DNA of 54,158 bases from Ignavibacteriales bacterium (GTDB lineage Bacteria; Bacteroidota; Ignavibacteria; UBA10030; UBA6906): positions 1 to 54,158 of the forward strand of contig JBBIRR010000030.1 in NCBI GenBank assembly GCA_037441705.1, in the 5' to 3' direction. Shown here piece after piece: positions 31,487 through 40,104 of the stretch; the stretch's first letter is position 1, and the number at the start of each line of letters is the position of its first letter. A program made the position numbers and the translations under genes. The notes under the pieces are model-generated. The model ran no database searches and was not told where the DNA came from. It saw nothing but the letters and a program-made list of their open reading frames with translations.

Positions 31487-31715
31487 ACTCATATTGCTTG
31501 CCCTCATGCTTGCGACGGCGATCATCGCCTTGCAGGTGCGAGACCTCTTGGCTGCTGTGGTCACCCTCGGCGTCTTCAGTTTTCTGTGTGCCTTGCTGTT
31601 CGTCGTGATGGGGGCTGTTGATGTAGCATTCACAGAAGCTGTTGTGGGGGCAGGCATTACAACGGTATTGTTTGTTGTCGCGCTGTACCATTCAACACGG
31701 GAGAGTGAGGATTGA
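31470..31715 (+). CDS. Mrp subunit, DUF4040/MbhD-like (split MrpA C-terminal part)
   Basis: RDLLAAV and GAVDVAFTEAVVGAG motifs. Confidence 0.9.
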   Translation: MHRELELILLALMLATAIIALQVRDLLAAVVTLGVFSFLCALLFVVMGAVDVAFTEAVVGAGITTVLFVVALYHSTRESED

Positions 31716-32008
31716 GAAAACTGGGGTTCGCAACGCTTCTGTCGTTCTGGATGTTGCTGATCTACGCATCATTCGGTTTGCCGCGCCGCGGTGACCCGAG
31801 CGCTCCGGCGCACCGACTTGCGTCGCCGGACGGCTCACCGGTTGCTTCTTCATACTACATCCGCAACGCCGAACGCGATGCAGCGACGCCGAACATCGTT
31901 ACCGCGATTCTCGGCGACTATCGCAGCTACGACACACTCGGTGAAGTGGTGGTCGTGCTTACGGCGGGACTCTGCTGCGCCCTTATCCTAAGGAGGCGGC
32001 TGTCATGA
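31712..32008 (+). CDS. Mrp subunit, MbhE-like (split MrpA/B part)
   Basis: PNIVTAILGDYRSYDTLGEVVV motif. Confidence 0.9.
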   Translation: MRKLGFATLLSFWMLLIYASFGLPRRGDPSAPAHRLASPDGSPVASSYYIRNAERDAATPNIVTAILGDYRSYDTLGEVVVVLTAGLCCALILRRRLS

Positions 32009-32448
32009 CGCACTTGTCTGGAAGCCCGATCATCGTTGCTATTGGCAGACTCATCGCGCCGTTCATTCAGGTGTTCGGGCTGTATGTGATCTTTCACGGT
32101 CACTACGGTCCTGGTGGCGGCTTCCAGGGCGGCGCAATGCTTGCTGCGAGTTTCCTGCTGATGCGCTTATGTGTCGGTGAAGATGCATCGCAGCTTCTGT
32201 TTCCACGTACACTCGGAACGTCGATCGGTATTCTGGGCGCGTGCGTTTTCTGTCTGGTAGGACTGATGGTGATGTTCTTCGGAGGCGAGTTCCTGAACTA
32301 CGGCTTTCTGCCGCTTGAAGGAATTCCTTCAGCAGATCTTCGATCAATGGGCATTCTGTTCGTCGAGGTCGCTATCGGCATTGCGGTCGCGGCGACGTTG
32401 GTGGCAATCTTTGATGATCTCCTTGTCAATGGAGGGGATGATGGCTGA
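32005..32448 (+). CDS. mrpB: Mrp subunit B (MnhB/MbhF-like)
   Basis: FHGHYGPGGGFQGG and EVAIGIAV motifs. Confidence 0.92.
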   Translation: MTHLSGSPIIVAIGRLIAPFIQVFGLYVIFHGHYGPGGGFQGGAMLAASFLLMRLCVGEDASQLLFPRTLGTSIGILGACVFCLVGLMVMFFGGEFLNYGFLPLEGIPSADLRSMGILFVEVAIGIAVAATLVAIFDDLLVNGGDDG

Positions 32449-32809
32449 GCTGGTGCTATCGTCCTCCGCCTATTGGTGGATCTTCACGCTGACAGTTGTG
32501 GGACTGTACGGCATGTTGATGAAAAAGAACCTGGTGAAGAAGCTCATCGGCCTGACGATCTTCCAGACCTCGATCATCATATTCTTTGTTGCATCAGCAT
32601 CCAAGGTGCAGGCAACCATCCCCGTTGTTGATCCACGCTTCGGCACCGACGATCCGACCCGCTACATCAATCCACTCCCGCACACACTCATGCTGACTGC
32701 GATTGTGGTCGGTGTCGCCACGGTCGGCCTTGCATTTGCCCTCCTGGTAAGCATTTACCGCCGCTACCGTACGCTGAATGAACCACATCTTCTCGAACGC
32801 ATGCAATGA
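32441..32809 (+). CDS. mrpC: Mrp subunit C (MbhG-like)
   Basis: NLVKKLIGL and NPLPHTLMLTAIVVG motifs; ATG after GGAGGGG. Confidence 0.93.
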   Translation: MAELVLSSSAYWWIFTLTVVGLYGMLMKKNLVKKLIGLTIFQTSIIIFFVASASKVQATIPVVDPRFGTDDPTRYINPLPHTLMLTAIVVGVATVGLAFALLVSIYRRYRTLNEPHLLERMQ

Positions 32810-34317
32810 CTGGTCGGCATCTTCCTATACTCATCCCGCTCGTCCTCCTGCTCGGCGCGATGCTGACAAGTATCGTCGGCGCGTGGAGGCAACGCGTTGC
32901 CTACTACGTCTCTCTGCTGGCTCTCGCGTGTGCGTTCCTCCTTGCCGTGCTGGGATTGCAGAAGGTGATTGTCGGCGGAACGATATCGTACCATGTGGGA
33001 GGGTGGCCGCCGCCCATCGGCATCGAATACGTGCTTGATCCGCTTGCTGCGTTCATGCTGGTGGTTATTCTCGGTGTTGGAACGCTCGTGTTCATCCACG
33101 CGCGCGAGCCGGTGGAAGCCGAACTGCGCGAGCGGCCGGCGTTGTTCTTCGCCGTTGCTCTGTTGCTGCTGACAGGCTTTAGCGGCATTGTGCTGACGGG
33201 TGACCTCTTCAACCTTTACGTGTTCTTGGAGATCAGCGCCCTTGCCGGTTATGCGCTGGTTGCCGTGGGCGAGAAGGCCGCACCGGTTGCCGCTTTTCGG
33301 TATTTGCTGGTGGGCACCATTGGCGCCTCGTTCTTTCTGTTAGGGGTCGGTTTCCTGTATGTGATGGCGGGTTCTCTCAACATCGTCGACCTTGCGCGGA
33401 TCCTTCCCGCGCTTTCGTCCGAACCGGTTGTCATCATCGGACTCGTTCTGATGGTGATAGGCCTGGCGGTGAAGATGGCATTGTTTCCGTTGCATAGCTG
33501 GCAGCCCGATGCGTACACGTATGCGCCTACGGCCGGTACCGCGTTGCTTGCGCCCATCAGCGCAAAAGTCGGAGCGTATGTGCTTCTGCGCGTCCTGTTT
33601 TTTCTCTTCGAGCCGTCGCTCGTTCGCTCGTCGCTTCCCGTGGCGGATGTGCTCGGATGGCTTTCTCTGGGCGGCATCCTGTTCGGTTCCATCATGGCCA
33701 TTGCTCAGAATGAACTCAAACGTATGCTTGCTTACAGCAGCGTCGCACAAATCGGCTACATTGCTTTGGGAGTCAGTTTTGCCAATCCTCTCGGCTTCGT
33801 GGGCGCGGTCCTGCATGTGCTTAACCATGCGCTCATGAAGGGTAACCTTTTTCTTGTGGCGGGGAACCTGCGCGTGCGCATCGGTCATTCCGTCATTCCT
33901 CAGTTCGACGACTCGCTCCGCCGCGCCATGCCGTGGACGATGGCTGCATTTGCCGTATCGGCGCTCTCAATGGTTGGCATTCCTCCGCTCGCCGGTTTCT
34001 TCAGCAAATGGTATCTTGTGCTGGGAGGGTTGGAACGAAAGAATTGGATTGCCGTCGGCGTTATACTCCTGAGCAGCTTACTCAATGCGGTGTACTTCTT
34101 CCGTGTGCTGGAAAAAGTATATCTTCGGCCGCTGACTCCGGCGTTGACCGAATCTCGCAGTGTGAATCCTCGTTCGATAGAATGGGCAGAGAAGGAAGCA
34201 ACGCTTCCTATGCTGCTTCCGACAGTTATCATCGCCGCTGCACTGGTCGTACTGGGATTGTTCAACGTCTGGATTGTGGACGAGCTCATCGTCCGCATGC
34301 TTCCATCAGGTTTATGA
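32806..34317 (+). CDS. mrpD: Mrp subunit D family protein, copy 1
   Basis: GGWPPPIGIE, TGDLFNLYVFLEI, KMALFPLHSWQPDAY and GIPPLAGFFSKW motifs. Confidence 0.93.
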   Translation: MTGRHLPILIPLVLLLGAMLTSIVGAWRQRVAYYVSLLALACAFLLAVLGLQKVIVGGTISYHVGGWPPPIGIEYVLDPLAAFMLVVILGVGTLVFIHAREPVEAELRERPALFFAVALLLLTGFSGIVLTGDLFNLYVFLEISALAGYALVAVGEKAAPVAAFRYLLVGTIGASFFLLGVGFLYVMAGSLNIVDLARILPALSSEPVVIIGLVLMVIGLAVKMALFPLHSWQPDAYTYAPTAGTALLAPISAKVGAYVLLRVLFFLFEPSLVRSSLPVADVLGWLSLGGILFGSIMAIAQNELKRMLAYSSVAQIGYIALGVSFANPLGFVGAVLHVLNHALMKGNLFLVAGNLRVRIGHSVIPQFDDSLRRAMPWTMAAFAVSALSMVGIPPLAGFFSKWYLVLGGLERKNWIAVGVILLSSLLNAVYFFRVLEKVYLRPLTPALTESRSVNPRSIEWAEKEATLPMLLPTVIIAAALVVLGLFNVWIVDELIVRMLPSGL

Positions 34318-34330
34318 ACGCAGGGAGGGA

Positions 34331-35827
34331 ATGATGTCGGATGCTTATCTCTCGAGCGTTCCCCTTTACGCTGTCGCGATTTCGCTCGTGGTCGTTCCTC
34401 TCATTCTTGTCAGCGGCCGATGGCCCAATGTGCGGGAGGGGTGGACTGTTGCAGCATCGCTCGTCAAGTTTGCTTTGGTCCTCACACTTGTACCCGATGC
34501 CCTCGCGAACAGAACAGCGTACATCGAGTTGGTGGAGATTTCACCGAACATCAATCTTGCTCTCAGGGCCGATCCGCTCGGTGTCTTCTTCGCGCTCATT
34601 GCCTCGGGGCTCTGGGTCTTCACGTCGTTCTACTCCATCGGGTACGTGCGGGGGTTGGACGAGCACAAACAGACACGCTACTTTGCAAGTTTCGCCGTCT
34701 GTCTTTCCGCGACCGTCGGTATAGCCTTCGCAGCGAATATTCTGACGTTTCTTATCTTTTATGAAATCCTCACCATCGCAACTTACCCGCTTGTCATCCA
34801 CAAGGAAACGCCGGAGGCGATCAGCGCAGGGCGAAAGTACTTAACGTACACACTCACTGCAGGCGTCGTGTTGATTGCCGCGACTGCCCTGACATATCAG
34901 CTTGCGGGGAGATTGGACTTTGTGCCGGGCGGCTTGCTGGGAAACGTTGTTGCATCCGGGCGCACGATGACAGTCCTGTTTTTGCTCTACCTTGGCGGTG
35001 TCGGTGTGAAGGCGGCCATCATGCCGCTGCATAGCTGGCTGCCGACCGCGATGGCAGCGCCGACACCCGTGAGCGCACTCCTGCACGCCGTCGCTGTCGT
35101 CAAGTCGGGAGTCTTTGGGGTAATGCGAGTGGTCGGATTCGTCTTTGGACCTGGCGTGATGCGGTCTTTCTATCTGAACGACGTTCTTCTGGCGCTTGCT
35201 GCGACGACCATTCTTATCGCTTCACTCCTTGCCATGCGTGAAGACAATCTCAAGCGCCGGCTTGCGTACTCCACTGTGGGGCATCTCTCCTACATCGTGC
35301 TCGGAGCGGCGTTGCTTTCTCCCATCAGCTTCGCAGGCGGTTTGATGCACATCGCTACACACGCAACGATGAAGATCACGCTGTTCTTCTGTGCCGGCGC
35401 CATCTACGTGGCTCACCACAAAGAACACGTGAGTGAGTTGGACGGTATCGGCAACGCCATGCCGTGGACGATGGCTGCTTTCACCGTTGCTGCGCTCGGC
35501 CTTGCGGGCATTCCGCCGATCAACGGCTTCGTGAGTAAGTGGCTGCTTGGCACAGGCGCATGGGAAACCGGGGACATTCTGGCACTGGGAATTCTTCTGG
35601 TCAGTGGGTTGCTGAATGCAGGCTATCTCTTTCCCATCATCCATCGAGCATTCTTCCGTCAGTCGCGTCGGTTCGAACGATATAGTGAAGCTTCGGTTCT
35701 GATGGTTGTTCCAATTGTGATGGCCGCGCTCCTTTCGTTGCTGTTCGGACTGTGGCCCAATGTGTTTGTCAACTTCTACGACCTCTCCGTCATTGTTTCG
35801 CGCAGCGTATTCGGAGGCGTTCCGTGA
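34331..35827 (+). CDS. Mrp subunit D family protein, copy 2
   Basis: FYEILT..TYPLV.H, KAAIMPLHSWLPTAMAAPTPVSALLHAVAVVK and GIPPINGFVSKW motifs; ATG after GGAGGG. Confidence 0.9.
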   Translation: MMSDAYLSSVPLYAVAISLVVVPLILVSGRWPNVREGWTVAASLVKFALVLTLVPDALANRTAYIELVEISPNINLALRADPLGVFFALIASGLWVFTSFYSIGYVRGLDEHKQTRYFASFAVCLSATVGIAFAANILTFLIFYEILTIATYPLVIHKETPEAISAGRKYLTYTLTAGVVLIAATALTYQLAGRLDFVPGGLLGNVVASGRTMTVLFLLYLGGVGVKAAIMPLHSWLPTAMAAPTPVSALLHAVAVVKSGVFGVMRVVGFVFGPGVMRSFYLNDVLLALAATTILIASLLAMREDNLKRRLAYSTVGHLSYIVLGAALLSPISFAGGLMHIATHATMKITLFFCAGAIYVAHHKEHVSELDGIGNAMPWTMAAFTVAALGLAGIPPINGFVSKWLLGTGAWETGDILALGILLVSGLLNAGYLFPIIHRAFFRQSRRFERYSEASVLMVVPIVMAALLSLLFGLWPNVFVNFYDLSVIVSRSVFGGVP

Positions 35828-36048
35828 ATCGCCTGCATTGGACAGGACTGGTGTTCGTACTGGCCGTATCGGTCGCCGCCGACCTGGCCGCGTCATCCCA
35901 CGCGCAAGATACGACACACTGGTGGAGCAGCATTCCGTCTTTCTATGCGTTGTTCGGACTGCTGGGCTGCATCGTGATCATTCTCTTTGCAAAAGTCATC
36001 GGCAAACTTTTCTTGCTGAAGAGAGAGGACTACTATGATGCAGGCTGA
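35824..36048 (+). CDS. Small two-TM Mrp-associated protein
   Basis: GTG start overlaps the upstream stop; IPSFYALFGLLGC..II..AK...L.KREDYY; overlaps the next start. Confidence 0.8.
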   Translation: MNRLHWTGLVFVLAVSVAADLAASSHAQDTTHWWSSIPSFYALFGLLGCIVIILFAKVIGKLFLLKREDYYDAG

Positions 36049-37798
36049 GATTCTTCTCCCACCCGCTGCTATTCTGCTTGCCGGGTCACTTCTTCTGCCG
36101 CTACTGCCGCGCCGCATTCGGGCGAGCGCGTTCCTGGTTTTTCCACTCGTTGCGCTCGCCATCGTGCTGACCCTGCCCGATGGTGCAACCCTGCGGGTGA
36201 ATTTCCTTGATTACAGTCTTGCCGTACTCAAGGTGGATCAACTGAGTCGTGTGTTCGCAACCGTTTTTGGCATGATCGCATTCGCCGGAGGTATCTACGC
36301 ATTCCACCTACGGGATACGGGGCAGCAGGTTGCCGCATTGGTGTATGCAGGCAGTTCGCTTGGTGTCACGTTTGCCGGCGACTACCTGACGTTGATTGTG
36401 TTTTGGGAGTTGATGGCAGTCTCCTCGACATATCTCGTCTGGGCGCGCGGAACGGACGATGCGCATCGAGCGGGTATGCGCTACCTGTACGTGCATCTGT
36501 TTGGTGGAAGCATGCTGCTGGCCGGAATTCTGCTGACGCTTGCCGAAACAGGAACGCTCGGTATCGTTGCGCTCGCTCCCAATCAGTCGGCTGCCTCGTG
36601 GCTTATCCTGGCGGGCGTTGCGCTGAACGCTGCTGTCCCGCCGTTAAACGCCTGGCTTCCCGATGCGTATCCGCGCGCGACCGTGACAGGCGCAGTGTTC
36701 CTGAGCGCGTTCACCACAAAGACTGCTGTGTACGTTCTTGCACGGGTTTTTCCCGGCTGGGAGATCCTTCTTGTCCTCGGTGTGATGATGACGCTGTACG
36801 GGGTGGTGTTTGCCGTTCTCTCCAACGACATTCGCGGCATTCTTGCCTACCACATCATCAGTCAAGTGGGGTTCATGGTGGCGGGCGTCGGGATTGGAAC
36901 GGCATTGTCGCTCAATGGCAGTGTCGCTCACGCCTTCAGCCACATTCTTTACAAAGCTCTTCTGTTCATGGGTGCCGGCGTTGTTCTGCACACTACCGGC
37001 ACAACAAAGCTGACGGAGCTTGGCGGTTTGCTGCGTGATATGCCTTCAACGTTCTGGCTGTACATGGTGGGGGCGTTCTCGATTTCCGGAGTACCCCTGT
37101 TCAACGGATTCATCAGCAAGTCCATGGTCGTCAGCGCAGCGGGCGAAGCGCACTACGAGCTTGCCTATCTGCTTTTGCATCTTGCGTCGGTCGGTACATT
37201 CCTCAGCATTGCGCTGAAGCTCCCGGCAGGCACATGGTTCGGCGAGAGGAAAAGTCTCGTTTCGTCTCGACCACCAAAGAATATGATTATTGGGATGGGA
37301 GTTCTCGCGACTCTGTGCATTGTGTACGGCGTGGTGCCCTCGCTGCTGTACCGGCAGCTTCCATACGCTGCCGCGTACGAGCCGTACACGGTTGCTCACG
37401 TCAATGAAGCAGTGCAGATGCTGCTGCTCACCTTTGTTGCGTTCTGGTTTCTCAGAGCCAAGCTCGCGCCCGAACCCACGATGACGCTGGACACCGACTG
37501 GTTCTACAGAATGCCTTCTCGTCTGGTCAAATCGGTGGTTGTTGATGGCGTGGGGAGAGTGTTCGACGGGGCGGAAGAGATTGTAAAACACGGCGTACAT
37601 CTCGTCGCGCGAGTCTCACGAAATCCTCTCATCGTTCTTCACATGATGCGGGGTGAAACCTCAAGGAACGCCGCATGGAATCCCGGCTACGACCCTGACG
37701 CTGCGCGGCTGCCTCTTGGCCTGTTGCTCGGGCTTGTGCTGCTCTGTGCTGTGGGAATCTCCGTGATCAGCATCCTCTGGTTACTGCCCCCGACATAG
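36035..37798 (+). CDS. Mrp subunit D/A-like protein, copy 3, with C-terminal lateral-helix-like extension
   Basis: VFWELMA, NAAVPPLNAWLPDAYP, SAFTTK, GVPLFNGFISK; tail DTDWFYR-amphipathic segment-terminal TM. Confidence 0.9.
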   Translation: MMQAEILLPPAAILLAGSLLLPLLPRRIRASAFLVFPLVALAIVLTLPDGATLRVNFLDYSLAVLKVDQLSRVFATVFGMIAFAGGIYAFHLRDTGQQVAALVYAGSSLGVTFAGDYLTLIVFWELMAVSSTYLVWARGTDDAHRAGMRYLYVHLFGGSMLLAGILLTLAETGTLGIVALAPNQSAASWLILAGVALNAAVPPLNAWLPDAYPRATVTGAVFLSAFTTKTAVYVLARVFPGWEILLVLGVMMTLYGVVFAVLSNDIRGILAYHIISQVGFMVAGVGIGTALSLNGSVAHAFSHILYKALLFMGAGVVLHTTGTTKLTELGGLLRDMPSTFWLYMVGAFSISGVPLFNGFISKSMVVSAAGEAHYELAYLLLHLASVGTFLSIALKLPAGTWFGERKSLVSSRPPKNMIIGMGVLATLCIVYGVVPSLLYRQLPYAAAYEPYTVAHVNEAVQMLLLTFVAFWFLRAKLAPEPTMTLDTDWFYRMPSRLVKSVVVDGVGRVFDGAEEIVKHGVHLVARVSRNPLIVLHMMRGETSRNAAWNPGYDPDAARLPLGLLLGLVLLCAVGISVISILWLLPPT

Positions 37799-37930
37799 AC
37801 GATGGGAGCAATCCCGACGATCAGGTCGTGCACAGAACAATGCTCAACGATCAGGCAAGACCTTCTGCTTTGACCTGAACCAGTGCTTCGAACGGTGCCC
37901 AATGGTTTCACCAACGACAACACAACGACT

Positions 37931-39025
37931 ATGACGCTCGAGGTGGTTGTACAGTTCGCGGGCGGATTGGTCCTCCTGATCGCCGGGGGCGAGCTGCTCG
38001 TACGCGGCGCATCGCGTCTTGCAGAGCTCGTTGGGCTATCGCCGCTGGTGATTGGTTTGACCGTTGTTGCCTTTGGAACGAGTTCGCCCGAGGTGGCGGT
38101 GAGTCTACAGTCCTCACTGGCAGGCGAGGCGGATATCGCTGTCGGCAACGTCGTCGGCAGCAACATCTTCAATATTCTCTTCATCCTCGGACTGTCGTCG
38201 CTGATTCTTCCGCTTGCGGTAGCGCGCCGGGTGATTCGCTCGGAAGGGCCGGTCATGATCGGCGTGTCGTTTCTGTTCTGGCTTCTCGCACTCGATGGGC
38301 AGATGAGCCGGTTGGAGGCGCTGATGTTTGTAGCAGGGATCGTTTTCTACACGGGACTACTTGCGCGTCAGAGTCGCAAGGAGACCGCTGCAGCGCGCAA
38401 CGAGGGTGATAGAGTCTTGGTTGAGGGAAAGAAGAAAACAGCACGCAGCCTTTTCCTCTATGGTGTGTTTGTGGTTGGTGGACTCTTGCTTCTGGTTGTC
38501 GGTTCGCACTGGCTTGTGGAATCCGCAGTGGCGATATCGAGACTTTTTGGTGTAGATGAATTGGTGATCGGCTTGACGGTTGTTGCTGCCGGCACATCGC
38601 TGCCCGAAGTGGCGACGTCTGTTGTCGCAGCCATGAAGGGTGAACGTGACATTGCCGTGGGCAATGTTATCGGAAGCAATGTGTTCAATATTCTTTGCGT
38701 GATTGGATTGGCTGGGGTAGTGAGTCCATCCGGAATCAACGTCGCTGCGGCGGCGTTGCATTTTGACATTCCGATCATGGTTGCAACGGCCGTTGCCTGT
38801 CTGCCGATCTTCGTGTCGGGGAATCGAATTTCCCGATGGGAGGGTGCGCTCTTCCTGTTCTACTACGTTGCCTACACCGTGTTCCTCGTGCTCGACGCCA
38901 AGGACCATCATGCGATCCCTGTCTTCAGTTCGGTGATGATGTGGTTCGTCATTCCCCTCACAGTCCTGACGCTTGCGATTGTGGCTCTCCGCGAGTGGCG
39001 TAATCGCACAGGAGTCTCGGCGTAG
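37931..39025 (+). CDS. Calcium/sodium antiporter (CaCA family, YrbG-like)
   Basis: Duplicated alpha repeats GTSSPE/GTSLPE and GNVVGSNIFN/GNVIGSNVFN. Confidence 0.94.
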   Translation: MTLEVVVQFAGGLVLLIAGGELLVRGASRLAELVGLSPLVIGLTVVAFGTSSPEVAVSLQSSLAGEADIAVGNVVGSNIFNILFILGLSSLILPLAVARRVIRSEGPVMIGVSFLFWLLALDGQMSRLEALMFVAGIVFYTGLLARQSRKETAAARNEGDRVLVEGKKKTARSLFLYGVFVVGGLLLLVVGSHWLVESAVAISRLFGVDELVIGLTVVAAGTSLPEVATSVVAAMKGERDIAVGNVIGSNVFNILCVIGLAGVVSPSGINVAAAALHFDIPIMVATAVACLPIFVSGNRISRWEGALFLFYYVAYTVFLVLDAKDHHAIPVFSSVMMWFVIPLTVLTLAIVALREWRNRTGVSA

Positions 39026-39070
39026 CCTCGATGGCTCGCGACAACGACCGGGCTTTGGCGGGAGTGGTTC

Positions 39071-39408
39071 TGGATGGTTCGCGCTTGGAAGACAGCGCTC
39101 AAGCATGACGGTGTTGGGAACCGAAATCTGCGGGTTGGGAAATTGTGTGCAACGATTGTGTAGGGACACAGCTCCGCCGTGTTCGAATGCGAGGAATGAT
39201 GAATGCTGAGTTGCCGATGCGCGGCGTGTGCACGCCCACAGCAGGACATGCCGGAGGCATGTCCCTACAAACATGTTCGCCGGTGTGGATGCTTCGCGCT
39301 TGGAAAGCGGCGCTCAGGTGACAGTATAAGCAAGCACAGTCTGCAAGTTGCGCACTCGTGCGGTCACGGAGTAACCTGGTGACATAGCCCGACCTTTCAA
39401 GGTTGGGA
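39071..39408. repeat. REP-like elements: two direct TGGATG.TTCGCGCTTGGAA...GCGCTCA..TGAC copies around a GTAGGGACA...TGTCCCTAC inverted pair
   Basis: Direct copies at 39071-39109 and 39286-39323; inverted pair at 39159-39269; further hairpin at 39385-39408. Confidence 0.75.
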
Positions 39409-39511
39409 TACAAATTATACGCATCCACACACCCGTCGCATCGCAACGGAATGAAAAACTTGCTGAGCAGAAGAGAAACGCCGAACGAAGTGTCAAGGCG
39501 GCATGCCAAAA

Positions 39512-39692
39512 TAGGTCGCCCCTACGGGGCTTACGTTCTTTTGGCATTGTCAGTGCTACAAACCGGTCGTCCCTACGGGACTGCCTCCACGAACGCGCGA
39601 GACTTTGAGGCGCACCATCCGCTCCGTAGGAGCGGCGCTGTTTGTAGGGCTCCACGGCAAACACATCGCGCAAGCCCCATCGGGGCGACCTA
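39512..39692. repeat. Nested palindromic element (REPIN/MITE-like, non-coding)
   Basis: Outer inverted repeat at 39512-39532 / 39672-39692 (19 of 21 match); inner inverted repeat at 39556-39581 / 39621-39647. Confidence 0.8.
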
Positions 39693-39708
39693 ATCATGTT
39701 CCGGTCCG

Positions 39709-40073
39709 TGAATCCTGAATCCTGCATCTTGCATCCTGAAGCCTGAACCCTGAACCCCGATCCTCAAACCTCAAACCTCAAACCTCGACCTCGAACCGAC
39801 CCCGTGCCTCTGCACGCTCGCGTTCCCGCCCCTTCCGTCACGGCACTGGATGAATGCGCATAAGCCGTGACGTCCAGACGCTCGCGTCATTCTGAGCCTC
39901 GCTTCTCAGAGACGAAGAATCCAGACGAGAATCACCCTGAATCCTACATCTTGCATCTTTCATCCTGAAGCCTGAACCTTGAACCTCAAACCTCGAACCA
40001 ACCCGCGCCTCGGCACGCTCGCGTTCCCGCCCTTCCGTCACGGCACAAGGTTACGCGCATAAGCCGTGACGTC
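39709..40073. repeat. Two direct copies of a heptamer array plus hairpin module
   Basis: (TGAATCC/TGCATCT/TGAACCC/TCAAACC)n followed by GCACGCTCGCGTTCCCGCCC..TTCCGTCACGGCAC...GCGCATAAGCCGTGACGTC, at 39709-39874 and 39936-40073. Confidence 0.85.
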
Positions 40074-40104
40074 TGGGCCTTGTGTCACCCGAGCGCGGAC
40101 TGGC

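Noticed and set aside
39099-40041. Short ORFs in the repeat-rich gap (for example 39838-40041 and 39314-39727)
   Set aside because: They are translations of palindromes and heptamer arrays, with no RBS or domain.
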